Origin: a virus
Lineage: Duplodnaviria > Caudoviricetes
IMG/VR virus record: IMGVR_UViG_3300027754_000035
DNA length: 64,000 nt
Reading direction: 5' to 3' (one strand)
Part shown: positions 27,818 through 38,501 of the stretch, piece by piece
Layout of the letters: each line of letters starts with the position of its first letter
How positions within the stretch are numbered: position 1 is the first letter of the stretch
Notes under the pieces: generated by a model
Seen by the model: only the letters and a program-made list of their open reading frames with translations
The model's database searches: none
What the model was told of the DNA's origin: nothing
Made by a program: the position numbers and the translations under genes

Positions 27818-30265
27818 ATGGCCGACGTAGATTATAACGATTTACTAATTAAAGACAACTTTGTTGATTGGATGGATATCATTTCTAAAAATGATCCAGA
27901 TCCTATTATTAGACAATCAGCAAAAGAGGTGGGATGGGCAGTAAATGGTAATTCACAAGTTAGTCCAAAACCATCATACAAATCGTTGTATGCGAAATAT
28001 TCGTTTATAGTAGTTCCCATTAAAACAGAAAATGGCCTAAAATCACAACTTTATTCTTATAACGGCCCGACCCGACAAAAATTCATTGGCATAATTTATG
28101 CCCCCGGCGTAGTATATGATTCCAATTGCTGTGGACCATTACCAACACCCAGTGTAACCCCAACACCCAGTGTCACACCCACACCAAGTGTAACTCTGAC
28201 CCCAACATCCAGTGTTACTCCTACTGTTACACCAAGTTTGACACCAACAGCCAGTGTTACACCAAGCTCGACAGCCACACCAAGCTTGACACCAACGGCC
28301 AGTGTTACACCCACAGTAACCAGAACCGTAACACCCAGCGTAACAGCTACTCCAAGTGTGACGGCAACACCCAGCGTAACAAAAACACCAAGTGTAACGC
28401 CAACAGTCACAAATACCGCAACACCAACTGGAACAGCAACGCCCAGTGTAACTAAAACTCCAAGTGTGACGGCAACTCCTAGTCATACTGTGACGCCAAC
28501 ACATACCGCTACAGCAACTCAAACTCCTAGTGTAACTCCAACCAAAACAATTACACCTAGTACCACAACAACTCCAAGCGTCACGCCTAGTCGCACAACT
28601 ACACCAAGTTTAACACCAACACCATCAATTACAAGATCGACTAGTGTAACACCAACTAAAACAGTAACACCAACCAGAACAACAACAGCTACTCCAAGCA
28701 TCACAGCTACTCCAAGCATCACAGCTACACCAAGCGCAACTGGTAGTGGTACTCCAGGTTCCAGTGTGACACCAACACCAAGCATCACAGCTACTCCAAG
28801 CATCACAGCTACACCAAGCGCAACTGGTAGTGGTACTCCAGGTTCCAGTGTGACACCAACACCAAGCATCACAGCTACACCTAGTGAAACACCAACACCA
28901 AGCATCACAGCTACTCCAAGCATCACAGCTACACCAAGCGCAACTGGTAGTGGTACTCCAGGTTCCAGTGTGACACCAACACCAAGCATCACAGCTACAC
29001 CTAGTGAAACACCAACACCAAGCATCACAGCTACTCCAAGCATCACAGCTACACCAAGCGCAACTGGTAGTGGTACTCCAGGTTCCAGTGTGACACCAAC
29101 ACCAAGCATCACAGCTACACCTAGTGAAACACCAACACCAAGCATCACAGCTACTCCAAGCATCACAGCTACGCCAAGCGCAACTGGTAGTGGTACTCCA
29201 GGTTCCAGTGTGACACCAACACCAAGCATCACAGCTACACCTAGTGAAACACCAACACCAAGCATCACAGCTACTCCAAGCATCACAGCTACACCTAGTG
29301 AAACACCAACACCAAGCATCACAGCTACTCCTAGTGAAACACCAACACCAAGCATCACAGCTACACCTAGTGTGACAGCAACTAGAACAGCTACACCTAG
29401 TGAAACACCAACACCAAGCATCACAGCTACTCCAAGCATCACAGCTACTCCAAGCATCACAGCTACACCAAGCATCACAGCTACTCCAAGCATCACAGCT
29501 ACTCCAAGCATCACAGCTACACCAAGCATCACAGCTACACCAAGCATCACAGCTACACCTAGTGTGACAGCTACACCTAGTGTGACAGCAACTAGAACAG
29601 CGACGCCAAGCGCAACTGGTAGTGGTACTCCGGGTTCCAGTGTGACACCAACTAGAACAGCGACGCCAAGCGCAACTGGTAGTGGTACTCCGGGTTCCAG
29701 TGTGACACCAACTAGAACAACAACACCTAGCTTGACAGCTACACCCAGTGTAACTGCAACTCCAAGCTTGACACCGAGCAGTTCGGATACAACAACCGGA
29801 TTATTTTATGTTGTTATTGCTGATTTGCCTAGCACACAGAGTTTTTGTGTGACTCAACCTTCATGTGTAGACTTCCCAGACTGCACACCATGCTCCGATG
29901 CTGACCCTGTGCCTTATTGCCCAGGTAACATAACATACGCTTCGACTGTCAATGTTTATGGATCGTTGCCGGGGGCATATATGAATCTTGATCATGTTAT
30001 TGATACATCAGCATCTTGTGGTAGTACAGCTACCAACACAGTAATGATTAAATTCAACAATAATTTCTTAACGGCGGCATCTGGTGACACTAACATAGCT
30101 TATCAATGCCATCGTACATTCCCAACTTACAATATAAACGGTTGTTGTGATATTGGGGCGGACGATGTATACAAGACTTACGATGGTTTAAGTAGTCAAA
30201 TCCAAAATGCTCAGACCTTTGGGCCTGGAACTGGAACGGTGGGCGACCCATATATCATCAATTAA
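27818..30265 (+). CDS. Mucin-like protein A: shared N-terminal domain, about 545-aa Thr/Pro/Ser stalk, Cys-rich C-terminal domain
   Basis: 815-aa ORF; TATTTATA 3 nt before the ATG; 9 Cys in the last ~165 aa. Confidence 0.8.
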   Translation: MADVDYNDLLIKDNFVDWMDIISKNDPDPIIRQSAKEVGWAVNGNSQVSPKPSYKSLYAKYSFIVVPIKTENGLKSQLYSYNGPTRQKFIGIIYAPGVVYDSNCCGPLPTPSVTPTPSVTPTPSVTLTPTSSVTPTVTPSLTPTASVTPSSTATPSLTPTASVTPTVTRTVTPSVTATPSVTATPSVTKTPSVTPTVTNTATPTGTATPSVTKTPSVTATPSHTVTPTHTATATQTPSVTPTKTITPSTTTTPSVTPSRTTTPSLTPTPSITRSTSVTPTKTVTPTRTTTATPSITATPSITATPSATGSGTPGSSVTPTPSITATPSITATPSATGSGTPGSSVTPTPSITATPSETPTPSITATPSITATPSATGSGTPGSSVTPTPSITATPSETPTPSITATPSITATPSATGSGTPGSSVTPTPSITATPSETPTPSITATPSITATPSATGSGTPGSSVTPTPSITATPSETPTPSITATPSITATPSETPTPSITATPSETPTPSITATPSVTATRTATPSETPTPSITATPSITATPSITATPSITATPSITATPSITATPSITATPSITATPSVTATPSVTATRTATPSATGSGTPGSSVTPTRTATPSATGSGTPGSSVTPTRTTTPSLTATPSVTATPSLTPSSSDTTTGLFYVVIADLPSTQSFCVTQPSCVDFPDCTPCSDADPVPYCPGNITYASTVNVYGSLPGAYMNLDHVIDTSASCGSTATNTVMIKFNNNFLTAASGDTNIAYQCHRTFPTYNINGCCDIGADDVYKTYDGLSSQIQNAQTFGPGTGTVGDPYIIN
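28144..29780 (+). repeat. Nested tandem repeats: 18-nt TATPSI units and a 120-nt unit repeated about 4 times (28801-29280)
   Basis: Identical 60-nt lines at 28861, 28981, 29101, 29221. Confidence 0.95.
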
Positions 30266-30297
30266 TAAACAACTGATACCAAATACTATTTATTGAT

Positions 30298-33200
30298 ATG
30301 GCTAAAATGGATTATAACAGTCTTTTGAACAAGCAAAACTTTGTTGCTTGGATGTTGAGTATTGCGAGTGATGATCCAAATCCAACAATTAGACAGGCAG
30401 CCAAAGAAATTGGGTACGAAGCAAATGGCAACAGTATTATTGGTCCAAAGCCTTATTACAATGCTTTGTATCTGAAATACAAATTCAAAGTTGCGCCAAT
30501 TCAAACCGATAATGGTATACAAACACAACTGTTTGAATTGGTCGGAATAAATTATAGATCGGTAGGTATTATACGTACACCCACCATTATAAAGACTTTT
30601 GTTGCACCAGCACCTACACCATCAAGTTCGACTCCAGATCCTTCAGTAACACCGACAACCTCGCTAGATGTGTCAGCTACTCCAAGCGTCACAGTCACTC
30701 CAAGCGTCACAGTCACTCCAAGCACTACAGCTACTCCAAACGCAACTGGCAGTGGTACTCCAGGTTCCAGTGTGACACCAACACCAAGCATCACAGCTAC
30801 TCCAAGCATTACAGCCACACCAAGCTCGACAGCCACACCAAGCATCACAGCTACACCTAGCTTAACAGCAACTCCAAGCTTAACAGCAACACCTAGTGAA
30901 ACTGCTACACCAAGCTTGACTGCAACTCCAAGTGAAACAGCAACTCCAAGCTTGACAGCAACACCAAGTGAAACAGCAACAGCAAGCTTGACTGCAACTC
31001 CTAGCTTGACTGCAACTCCTAGCTTGACTGCAACTCCAAGCTTAACAGCAACTCCAAGCTTGACTGCAACTCCAAGCTTGACTGCAACACCAAGCTTGAC
31101 TGCTACACCTAGTGAAACAGCAACTCCAAGTGAAACAACAACAGCAAGCTTGACTGCTACACCAAGTGAAACAGTAACTCCAAGCTTGACTGCAACACCA
31201 AGCTTGACTGCTACACCTAGTGTGACTGCTACACCTAGTGTGACTGCAACTCCAAGCTTGACTGCTACACCAAGCTTAACAGCAACTCCAAGTGAAACAG
31301 CAACTCCAAGCTTGACTGCTACTCCAAGTGAAACAGCAACTCCAAGCTTGACAGCAACTCCAAGCTTGACTGCTACACCAAGCTCGACAGTCACTCCAAG
31401 CTTGACACCAACTCCAAGCATTACAGCTACACCAAGCATCACAGCCACACCAAGCATCACAGCTACACCAAGCACTACAGTCACACCAAGCTCGACAGCG
31501 ACGCCAAGCTCGACAGTCACTCCAAGTCCAACTGTAACAGCAGTACCAGATTGGGGTCCAGTGTTCTTTGGTGGAGCGGCTTATGGCACAAACAGTACAT
31601 CATTTGTTAAATCCTCCGGCACCGAAGGCTGGAACAGCAAAGTTTATTCCACTGTAGGTTACATAGACGGAGTGTCGGTTACGGCGCAATGTAATACTAC
31701 TACTAATGCAGACGTGATGTTTGGTCTTAGTGTTGATCCAGCATCAACAGCACACGTTGATAATGAATATGTAAATCTTGATTATGCGTGGTGCTTCCTT
31801 GGCGGCACGTTGCAAATTTTTGAAAGCGGTGAGAATGCGTACAGCTACGGTGCTTATACCGCCAGCACAGTTCTTAACATTACTTATGATGGTACAAATG
31901 TAAAATACTACAAAGATGGTACATTAGCTAGAACTGTGCAACGTGACGATCTACGTTTAACACCACTGTATTTCAGCACTGCTTTCCACTATATCAATAC
32001 AAGCATTGCATTAACAAATGTGGCGTTTGTTTCAGCACCCGGTGTGACACCAACACCAACACCCAGCGTCACCGCAACAGCAACAGCAACACCAACACCA
32101 AGTTTAACAGCAACTCCAACAGTTACTCCAACAATCTCAGTTACACCAAGTGTGACACCAAGCTTAACAGCAACACCAAGTGTAACAGCAACAATCTCAG
32201 TCACACCAAGCTTAACAGCAACCCCAAGTGTAACAGCAACAACCTCAGTTACACCAAGCTCAACAGCAACACCAAGCTCAACACCAGACCCAAGCTTAAC
32301 AGCAACACCTAGTGTGACAGCAACACCTAGTGTGACTGCTACACCTAGTGTGACTATTACTCCAAGCTCGACAGTCACTCCAAGCTTGACACCAACAGTA
32401 TCAGTTACTCCAAGCTTGACACCAACAGCATCAGTTACTCCAAGCTTAACAGCAACAGCATCAGTTACTCCAAGCTTAACAGCAACACCAAGCTCAACAC
32501 CAGAACCAAGCTTAACAGCAACACCAAGCTTGACAGCTACGCCGAGCTTGACACCAAGTCCAACTGTGACAGCGGTACCAGATTGGGGTCCAGTGTTCTT
32601 TGGTGGAGCGGCTTATGGCACAAACAGTACATCGTTTACTAAAACCAGCGGAACGAATGGTTGGAACAGCAAAGTTTATTCAACGTTGGCTTACACAGGT
32701 GGAGCGTCGGTTACGGCGCAAACGAATACCACTGCTGGTATCTCGATGTTTGGTCTTAGTGTTGATCCAGCATCAACAGCACATGTCAACAGTGAATATG
32801 CTAATATTGATTATGGATGGTACCTCGAGCCCGCCGGCGGCGATGGTCTGTACATTTGGGAAAGCGGTGTGTACGTGGGTAGCTTCGGTGCTTATACAGT
32901 CAACACAATTCTTAATGTTATTTATGATGGTGCTAATGTAAGATATTACAAAGACGGTGTATTAGCTAGAACTGTGCAACGTGACGATCTAAGGTCAACA
33001 CCACTGTATTTCATTGCTACTTCCTATTATGTGGACGCAACCAGAGCAATAACAGATGTGACGTTTGTTTCAGCACCAAGTGTGACACCAACACCAACAC
33101 CCAGCGTCACCGCAACAGCAACAGCAACACCAACACCAAGCGTCACAGCCACACCAAGCGTCACAGCCACACCAAGCTTGACACCAACTCCAAGCACTAC

Positions 33201-34962
33201 AGCCACACCAAGCACTACAGTCACACCGAGCGTCACAGCCACACCAAGCACTACAGTCACACCAAGCGTCACAGCCACACCAAGCTTGACACCAACCCCA
33301 AGTCCAACTGTGACAGCGGTACCAAGTTGGGGACCAGTGTTCTTTGGTGGGGCCGCTTATGGTGCAAATAGTACATCATTTACTAAATCCTCCGGCACCG
33401 AAGGCTGGAACAGCAAAGTTTATTCCACTGTGGCTTACACAGGTGGAGTATCAATCACAGCACAAGCTACTGGAACCTATACTACGTTTATGTTTGGTCT
33501 TAGTGTTGATCCAGCATCAACAGCACACGTTGATGAATATGCTAATATTGATTATGCTTGGTTCTTGCCCGGAAGCAGTGGTTACAGCGCACGAATTTAT
33601 GAAAGCGGCATCGACGTTGGCGTTGACTTCGGCATTTATACATCCAGTACAGTTTTTAATGTTACGTATGATGGTGCTAATGTAAGATATTACAAAGATG
33701 GTGTATTAGCTAGAACTGTGCTACGTGACGATCTAAGGTCAACACCACTGTATTTCATATTCACGCCTTATCATATCAATACAAGCATTGCATTAACAGA
33801 TGTGGCATTTGTTTCAGTACCAAGTGTGACACCAACACCAACAGTTACACCTAGTGTGACTGCAACTCCAAGCTTGACACCAACAGTTACTCCAAGCTCA
33901 ACAGCAACTCCAAGCTTGACACCAACAGCATCAGTCACACCAAGCTTGACGGCCACACCAAGCTTAACAGCAACTCCAAGTGAAACAGCAACTCCAAGCT
34001 TGACTGCTACTCCAAGTGAAACAGCAACTCCAAGTGAAACAGCAACAGCAAGCTTGACTGCTACACCTAGCTTGACTGCAACACCAACAGTATCAGTTAC
34101 TCCAAGCTTGACACCAACAGCATCAGTTACACCTAGTGTGACACCAACAAAGACAGTTACACCTAGCTTGACACCAACACCTCCAGCACCAAGTGTGACA
34201 CCAACAAAGACAGTTACACCTAGCTTGACACCAACAAAGACTGCAACTCCAACAGTTACACCAACCCCAAGTCCAACTGTGACAGCGGTACCAAGTTGGG
34301 GACCAGTGTTCTTTGGTGGTGCTGCTTATGGTACAAACAGCACATCGTTTGCTAAACCCAGCGGCACCCAGGGCAGCAACAGCAAAGTTTATTCCACGGT
34401 GGCTTACACAGGCGGAGCATCAACCACAGCACAACTTGCTGGCGTACTCGGCGCGGCCTTTGGTCTTAGTGTCAATCCAGCATCAACAGCACACGTTAAC
34501 CTTGAATATGCTAATATGGATTATGGTTGGTACTGCAACGGCACCTACGCGGGCGGGATGTTGATGATGGAAAGTGGCAACAACCAAGGTGGCGTTACTT
34601 GGACAGCCGGCGCTGTTTTTAACATTACTTATGATGGTGCCAACGTAAGATACTACAAAGACGGTGTATTACAAAGAACTGTGCTACGTACCGATCTACG
34701 CTCAACACCATTGTATTTCATGTGTACTTCATATGGAGTTGACGCAACCAATTTACAAACGGATGTGGCATTTGTATCGATACCAAGTGTGACACCAACT
34801 CCAACAGTTACTCCAAGCATCACGGCAACACCTAGTGTGACACCAACAAAGACAGCCACACCTAGTGTGACACCAACAAAGACAGCTACTCCAAGCTTGA
34901 CACCAACAGTCACTCCAAGCTTGACACCAACACCAAGTGTGACGCCAACACCAGGTATTTGA
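30298..34962 (+). CDS. Mucin-like protein B: shared N-terminal domain and TP/S stalks separating four ~167-aa ConA/SPRY-like beta-sandwich domains
   Basis: 1554-aa ORF; domains at 31543-32040, 32575-33078, 33319-33822, 34288-34785 with NITYDG.NV.YYKDG.L.RTV. Confidence 0.8.
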   Translation: MAKMDYNSLLNKQNFVAWMLSIASDDPNPTIRQAAKEIGYEANGNSIIGPKPYYNALYLKYKFKVAPIQTDNGIQTQLFELVGINYRSVGIIRTPTIIKTFVAPAPTPSSSTPDPSVTPTTSLDVSATPSVTVTPSVTVTPSTTATPNATGSGTPGSSVTPTPSITATPSITATPSSTATPSITATPSLTATPSLTATPSETATPSLTATPSETATPSLTATPSETATASLTATPSLTATPSLTATPSLTATPSLTATPSLTATPSLTATPSETATPSETTTASLTATPSETVTPSLTATPSLTATPSVTATPSVTATPSLTATPSLTATPSETATPSLTATPSETATPSLTATPSLTATPSSTVTPSLTPTPSITATPSITATPSITATPSTTVTPSSTATPSSTVTPSPTVTAVPDWGPVFFGGAAYGTNSTSFVKSSGTEGWNSKVYSTVGYIDGVSVTAQCNTTTNADVMFGLSVDPASTAHVDNEYVNLDYAWCFLGGTLQIFESGENAYSYGAYTASTVLNITYDGTNVKYYKDGTLARTVQRDDLRLTPLYFSTAFHYINTSIALTNVAFVSAPGVTPTPTPSVTATATATPTPSLTATPTVTPTISVTPSVTPSLTATPSVTATISVTPSLTATPSVTATTSVTPSSTATPSSTPDPSLTATPSVTATPSVTATPSVTITPSSTVTPSLTPTVSVTPSLTPTASVTPSLTATASVTPSLTATPSSTPEPSLTATPSLTATPSLTPSPTVTAVPDWGPVFFGGAAYGTNSTSFTKTSGTNGWNSKVYSTLAYTGGASVTAQTNTTAGISMFGLSVDPASTAHVNSEYANIDYGWYLEPAGGDGLYIWESGVYVGSFGAYTVNTILNVIYDGANVRYYKDGVLARTVQRDDLRSTPLYFIATSYYVDATRAITDVTFVSAPSVTPTPTPSVTATATATPTPSVTATPSVTATPSLTPTPSTTATPSTTVTPSVTATPSTTVTPSVTATPSLTPTPSPTVTAVPSWGPVFFGGAAYGANSTSFTKSSGTEGWNSKVYSTVAYTGGVSITAQATGTYTTFMFGLSVDPASTAHVDEYANIDYAWFLPGSSGYSARIYESGIDVGVDFGIYTSSTVFNVTYDGANVRYYKDGVLARTVLRDDLRSTPLYFIFTPYHINTSIALTDVAFVSVPSVTPTPTVTPSVTATPSLTPTVTPSSTATPSLTPTASVTPSLTATPSLTATPSETATPSLTATPSETATPSETATASLTATPSLTATPTVSVTPSLTPTASVTPSVTPTKTVTPSLTPTPPAPSVTPTKTVTPSLTPTKTATPTVTPTPSPTVTAVPSWGPVFFGGAAYGTNSTSFAKPSGTQGSNSKVYSTVAYTGGASTTAQLAGVLGAAFGLSVNPASTAHVNLEYANMDYGWYCNGTYAGGMLMMESGNNQGGVTWTAGAVFNITYDGANVRYYKDGVLQRTVLRTDLRSTPLYFMCTSYGVDATNLQTDVAFVSIPSVTPTPTVTPSITATPSVTPTKTATPSVTPTKTATPSLTPTVTPSLTPTPSVTPTPGI

Positions 34963-35064
34963 TGTTGGGTGATGTGGTGACAACAGATTCTGCGGCAATT
35001 CAAACTGTGACCAACAACAATTCAGTACAACATAAAGTTGAAAAACCGTTCTAATCGTTATAAA

Positions 35065-35349
35065 ATGAAACAACCACGCAAAGTTATATTGCCAAAACTT
35101 AAACTTGATCGATGTCCAGATTGCAAAGTAAAGGCCGGTCAGCAACATAAATTGAATTGTGACATTGAACGGTGTTCGTGTTGTGGTAGCCAATATATTA
35201 CATGTGGTTGTAAAGATCATGATGGTGCATTTGCACGTTGGACTGGTTTTTGGCCTGGATATCTTGAGAGTAAAGAGTTGAATTTGGATCTCATTAGTTT
35301 CTACACTATGGAGCTACACAAAATTGTATTTGTAAAACCCACCAAATAA
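35065..35349 (+). CDS. Cys-rich small hypothetical protein
   Basis: CPDC...H..NCDIERCSCCGSQ.ITCGC. Confidence 0.65.
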   Translation: MKQPRKVILPKLKLDRCPDCKVKAGQQHKLNCDIERCSCCGSQYITCGCKDHDGAFARWTGFWPGYLESKELNLDLISFYTMELHKIVFVKPTK

Positions 35350-35360
35350 ACAATATAAAC

Positions 35361-35392
35361 AAAAAAGCCATCGGAACTGTCCGATGGCTTTT
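35361..35392. terminator. Bidirectional terminator between convergent genes
   Basis: AAAAGCCATCGGA-actg-TCCGATGGCTTTT. Confidence 0.85.
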
Positions 35393-35418
35393 GAATTTGG
35401 TGGGTTTGATAATTTATA

Positions 35419-35628
35419 TCACTTGAAAGGCACAGCCCACTTTTTTGAGTCTACGTTTGACTCTGCTACCTTAGCAATAAAGTTGTCAACCTTTTGTTGA
35501 CGAGCTTGAGCCTTTTGCTCAACAGCTTGTTGTGCTGCCTGAACTTGTGCATTACTCATACCCGGATTGTTGGATACGATACCACCGATTGGTTTAAGAC
35601 TTACGATTCCACCTGCTACGATTGCCAT
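35419..35628 (-). CDS. Small hypothetical protein
   Basis: ORF ends at the terminator. Confidence 0.6.
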   Translation of the reverse strand: MAIVAGGIVSLKPIGGIVSNNPGMSNAQVQAAQQAVEQKAQARQQKVDNFIAKVAESNVDSKKWAVPFK

Positions 35629-35693
35629 AATATTTCCTTTGGTTAGTGTTTCTATGTATAACTATCACACAAAGTTTGTAACAATTGTAATTT

Positions 35694-36632
35694 TCATATA
35701 AATTCAAAGTTTCGAATCATATGTGGATTGTAGCGTGGATAATAGTCCGAAACAATTTTCTTGAATGGTTCAAACAAGTTATAATTGTTGATATCAATTT
35801 CTTGGTTCATTGCGTCGATATATCTTATAAACATGTCGTGTGGATCATTATGTAATGTTAGATTCCGCAAATGACCATAGTATCGTGTGCTCATACCACG
35901 CAAATGTGCATATTTTACATTTGCATGATTGATCACGTAAGTTTTGTTGCTATAAAGATGTGACTGCATTAAAACCCGCTGGTATTGATCATAAACTCTG
36001 GTGGTATCAGCTGAAAATACATCTTTATGGTTATCAACTATACAGTATGGTTGCGATGTTGCATTGGCATACTCACCATTGTTACAGTTTGCGCCAAAAT
36101 GAATCTGTGGTTTTTCAATTTCTAAAAAATGAATATCAGGTAGACTCAACAAGTAGTCTTTGCGCCATACCATGAACGATATATCACCACAATCTCGGTG
36201 AAATGCGCCATTACTGATAAAATCGAAATCTTCGTTGAATACACTCTGAATTTTGTCCCACTCAAAAGTTATGTAATCGGTTTCGATTCGTGCCACATAA
36301 TCCACTTCACAACGATCAACCACGTATTCAAATGGATACCCATACCCATGCTTGTATGTTCCATCTGTTTGATTGCCTGACCACTTGGTTGTTAATGGTG
36401 CGTGATCATTATGAATTGATACCACGTTGGCATACCCACGCAAGTCATCACGCAACCATTCACCAAAATCACGGCTATCAGATTCACTGATTCCCAAAGC
36501 ATGTGGATACGGCGAAACGACCACATCAATTTGATGCATACATTTGCTCAATTTTTCCTTGATCAGCTTTCTGGCTAAAGGAAAATCACAATAATCAATC
36601 CACGGAATGCAACAGTGTATACGTTTGGTCAT
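35694..36632 (-). CDS. Putative GT-A glycosyltransferase-like protein, paralog of 53355..54209
   Basis: DFPLARK motif; VARIETDY at the DXD position; late His motif. Confidence 0.5.
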   Translation of the reverse strand: MTKRIHCCIPWIDYCDFPLARKLIKEKLSKCMHQIDVVVSPYPHALGISESDSRDFGEWLRDDLRGYANVVSIHNDHAPLTTKWSGNQTDGTYKHGYGYPFEYVVDRCEVDYVARIETDYITFEWDKIQSVFNEDFDFISNGAFHRDCGDISFMVWRKDYLLSLPDIHFLEIEKPQIHFGANCNNGEYANATSQPYCIVDNHKDVFSADTTRVYDQYQRVLMQSHLYSNKTYVINHANVKYAHLRGMSTRYYGHLRNLTLHNDPHDMFIRYIDAMNQEIDINNYNLFEPFKKIVSDYYPRYNPHMIRNFEFI

Positions 36633-36644
36633 CCCAAATACATA

Positions 36645-36863
36645 TTACCCACACGTTTGCAAATCGTTTTCGTTTTTGTCAAAAAAAGTAAACTCGCTGC
36701 TAAACATGGAGTATAATTTATCGGTAAAATACCCATATTTCAAATATTCTTCCAACTTATAGTAGCGTGTTTCATCGTCGCACATACACCGCATACCTAT
36801 AAATCCATTTTTGATGGTTGTGGGCGTGTCACAATGTTGACAATGTATTTGAATGTTTTTCAT
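36645..36863 (-). CDS. Small Cys-containing hypothetical protein
   Basis: CQHC, CMC. Confidence 0.45.
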   Translation of the reverse strand: MKNIQIHCQHCDTPTTIKNGFIGMRCMCDDETRYYKLEEYLKYGYFTDKLYSMFSSEFTFFDKNENDLQTCG

Positions 36864-36948
36864 GCATATTAAAATATCATAGGTTTGTCAAAAAACAAGG
36901 GCCGTCACAGTATTGTAACAGCCCTTTTCACAATTGTAATATTTGGAC

Positions 36949-37695
36949 TTACATATCGCCAATCCACTTGACAGAAACCATGTGATCATTGTTGCTGTCG
37001 TGAATAACGTAGTAATTGCAATGGCTTACATCCAAACACAGATTTTGGCTATAATCATTGCTCAAGGAAGATCCACTGTTGATCCAACGAGGTTTTGTCT
37101 GAGGAGTATGACCAAAAATTTGGTTAACACCTGTAACCGGCTTAAACTCGGTGGCATCACACCAATTAATGCCACCACGCAATTCATCGCCACCACGGCT
37201 TCTTCCAGCACGTAGAATAGGCAAAGCTGCCTTGGCATCAAATGCGTGTTGCAATGCTTCGGTGCAAGTATTTTTCAACCAAGACTTGAACTCGGTATCT
37301 TTGCCATATTTATCATAGAAATAGGGATGTACACCAGCATGACTACACAACCAACTACCAACCCAAGTGTAAAGAGGCAACTTTCGCCAGTCAGATTCAC
37401 TCAACACGGCATTAATAGCATAATCTTTTGAGGATTCATAACCACTGCATTTGTAGCTTCTATGGTTGAAAGCATAGTTGGTATCATGATTTCCCATGAT
37501 ATGGATACGATTCTTTTGCTCAAGACTAGCAGCAAGCCACTGTGCGGTATCTTTGGCAATGCGCCAATCATCGCCGAAGTCGTCAAAGTAATCGCCTAGA
37601 AAAACAATTTGATCGGCAGATTCATGCTTGATGATTTTTTCTGCTTTGTCCCATTTGTTATGAATATCCGCAAGGATGAGAGTTCTAACGTTCAT
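36949..37695 (-). CDS. Calcineurin-like metallophosphoesterase
   Basis: DIH, GDYFD, GNHD, SHAG, GHT motifs. Confidence 0.88.
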   Translation of the reverse strand: MNVRTLILADIHNKWDKAEKIIKHESADQIVFLGDYFDDFGDDWRIAKDTAQWLAASLEQKNRIHIMGNHDTNYAFNHRSYKCSGYESSKDYAINAVLSESDWRKLPLYTWVGSWLCSHAGVHPYFYDKYGKDTEFKSWLKNTCTEALQHAFDAKAALPILRAGRSRGGDELRGGINWCDATEFKPVTGVNQIFGHTPQTKPRWINSGSSLSNDYSQNLCLDVSHCNYYVIHDSNNDHMVSVKWIGDM

Positions 37696-37701
37696 TCACC
37701 T

Positions 37702-37730
37702 AATATACCATGGCAGTGGAAAAAAGTCAA
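37702..37730 (-). promoter_or_regulatory. Sigma70-like promoter, 17-nt spacer
   Basis: TTGACT-N17-TATATT. Confidence 0.65.
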
Positions 37731-37960
37731 CCTTTTTTGATTTTCTTTTTTAGATTACTCCAAGATTGTGTTTCAATTTCTTGTTGTTTCTTGAGATTCT
37801 CTTGAAAAGTACCATCTGGATTACCACAAAAATCGTCGATGGTTTGTAGTCGCAACTTTTTGGATCTGATGCCCCAATTTATGTCATCAAAATTGGAGTT
37901 ATAAACTTTTTTATTGACTGGCCTGGGTTTGCTCCCCTTGCCGTTCTGATGATTGCTCAT
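37727..37960 (-). CDS. Small conserved phage protein
   Basis: NGKGSKPRPVNKKVYNSNFDDINW motif. Confidence 0.6.
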   Translation of the reverse strand: MSNHQNGKGSKPRPVNKKVYNSNFDDINWGIRSKKLRLQTIDDFCGNPDGTFQENLKKQQEIETQSWSNLKKKIKKG

Positions 37961-38309
37961 AAATTTTTTGATATCCTTGCTCAATGATTGGGAAAAACTG
38001 CTCTTGATGATATAAATCTTGGGCAATCAGTGTTGCGCTTCTGATAAAGTGGGCATTTTCACACGGTTGTAGCCAAAATCCACCATTTTCATCTTTTTCA
38101 TAATTGACAAAAATAACATGTAGCAGTTTTTCCTCCAACGAATCATACAACTCTTTGACGGGGCTGTCAACATAAACTGTGTCTGCCTCACTCCACGCTC
38201 CATCGACACGGGGACAAATACACAATTTGTATTCTTCATTGATAAGCACTTTGAATACAAAGGCGTTTGGTTTTGGTTTGTCAGTATTATTGATAATTGT
38301 TTGGCTCAT
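37911..38309 (-). CDS. Hypothetical protein
   Basis: ORF track. Confidence 0.55.
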   Translation of the reverse strand: MSQTIINNTDKPKPNAFVFKVLINEEYKLCICPRVDGAWSEADTVYVDSPVKELYDSLEEKLLHVIFVNYEKDENGGFWLQPCENAHFIRSATLIAQDLYHQEQFFPIIEQGYQKIYEQSSERQGEQTQASQ

Positions 38310-38312
38310 AAT

Positions 38313-38501
38313 TTAACAGCAGTGACCCTGCTTTTTTATTTCTGGTTGTGGACATCTGACACCTATACCGGGTTTAACCTTATATAGTTCCAGATATAGT
38401 TCTTGTGTAAGTTTGTCGATTGTTTTTACCACCTTTGGTACACCAATACTGGTATCAATCTCGTGTATTTTGCTTAAATAATTTTTAATGATATTATTCA
38501 T
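38313..38501 (-). CDS. Small hypothetical protein
   Basis: MNNIIK... start overlaps the upstream stop. Confidence 0.45.
   Translation of the reverse strand: MNNIIKNYLSKIHEIDTSIGVPKVVKTIDKLTQELYLELYKVKPGIGVRCPQPEIKKQGHCC

Noticed and set aside
31543-34785. Diversity-generating retroelement acting on the four repeated domains
   Set aside because: Differences involve all bases and indels rather than adenines only; no reverse transcriptase or non-coding template repeat in the window
28096-35003. Long minus-strand ORFs made of LGVAV repeats (e.g. 28519..29550, 30552..31520; also 12068..12418)
   Set aside because: Antisense shadows of the TP-repeat genes; the repeat lacks stops on that frame
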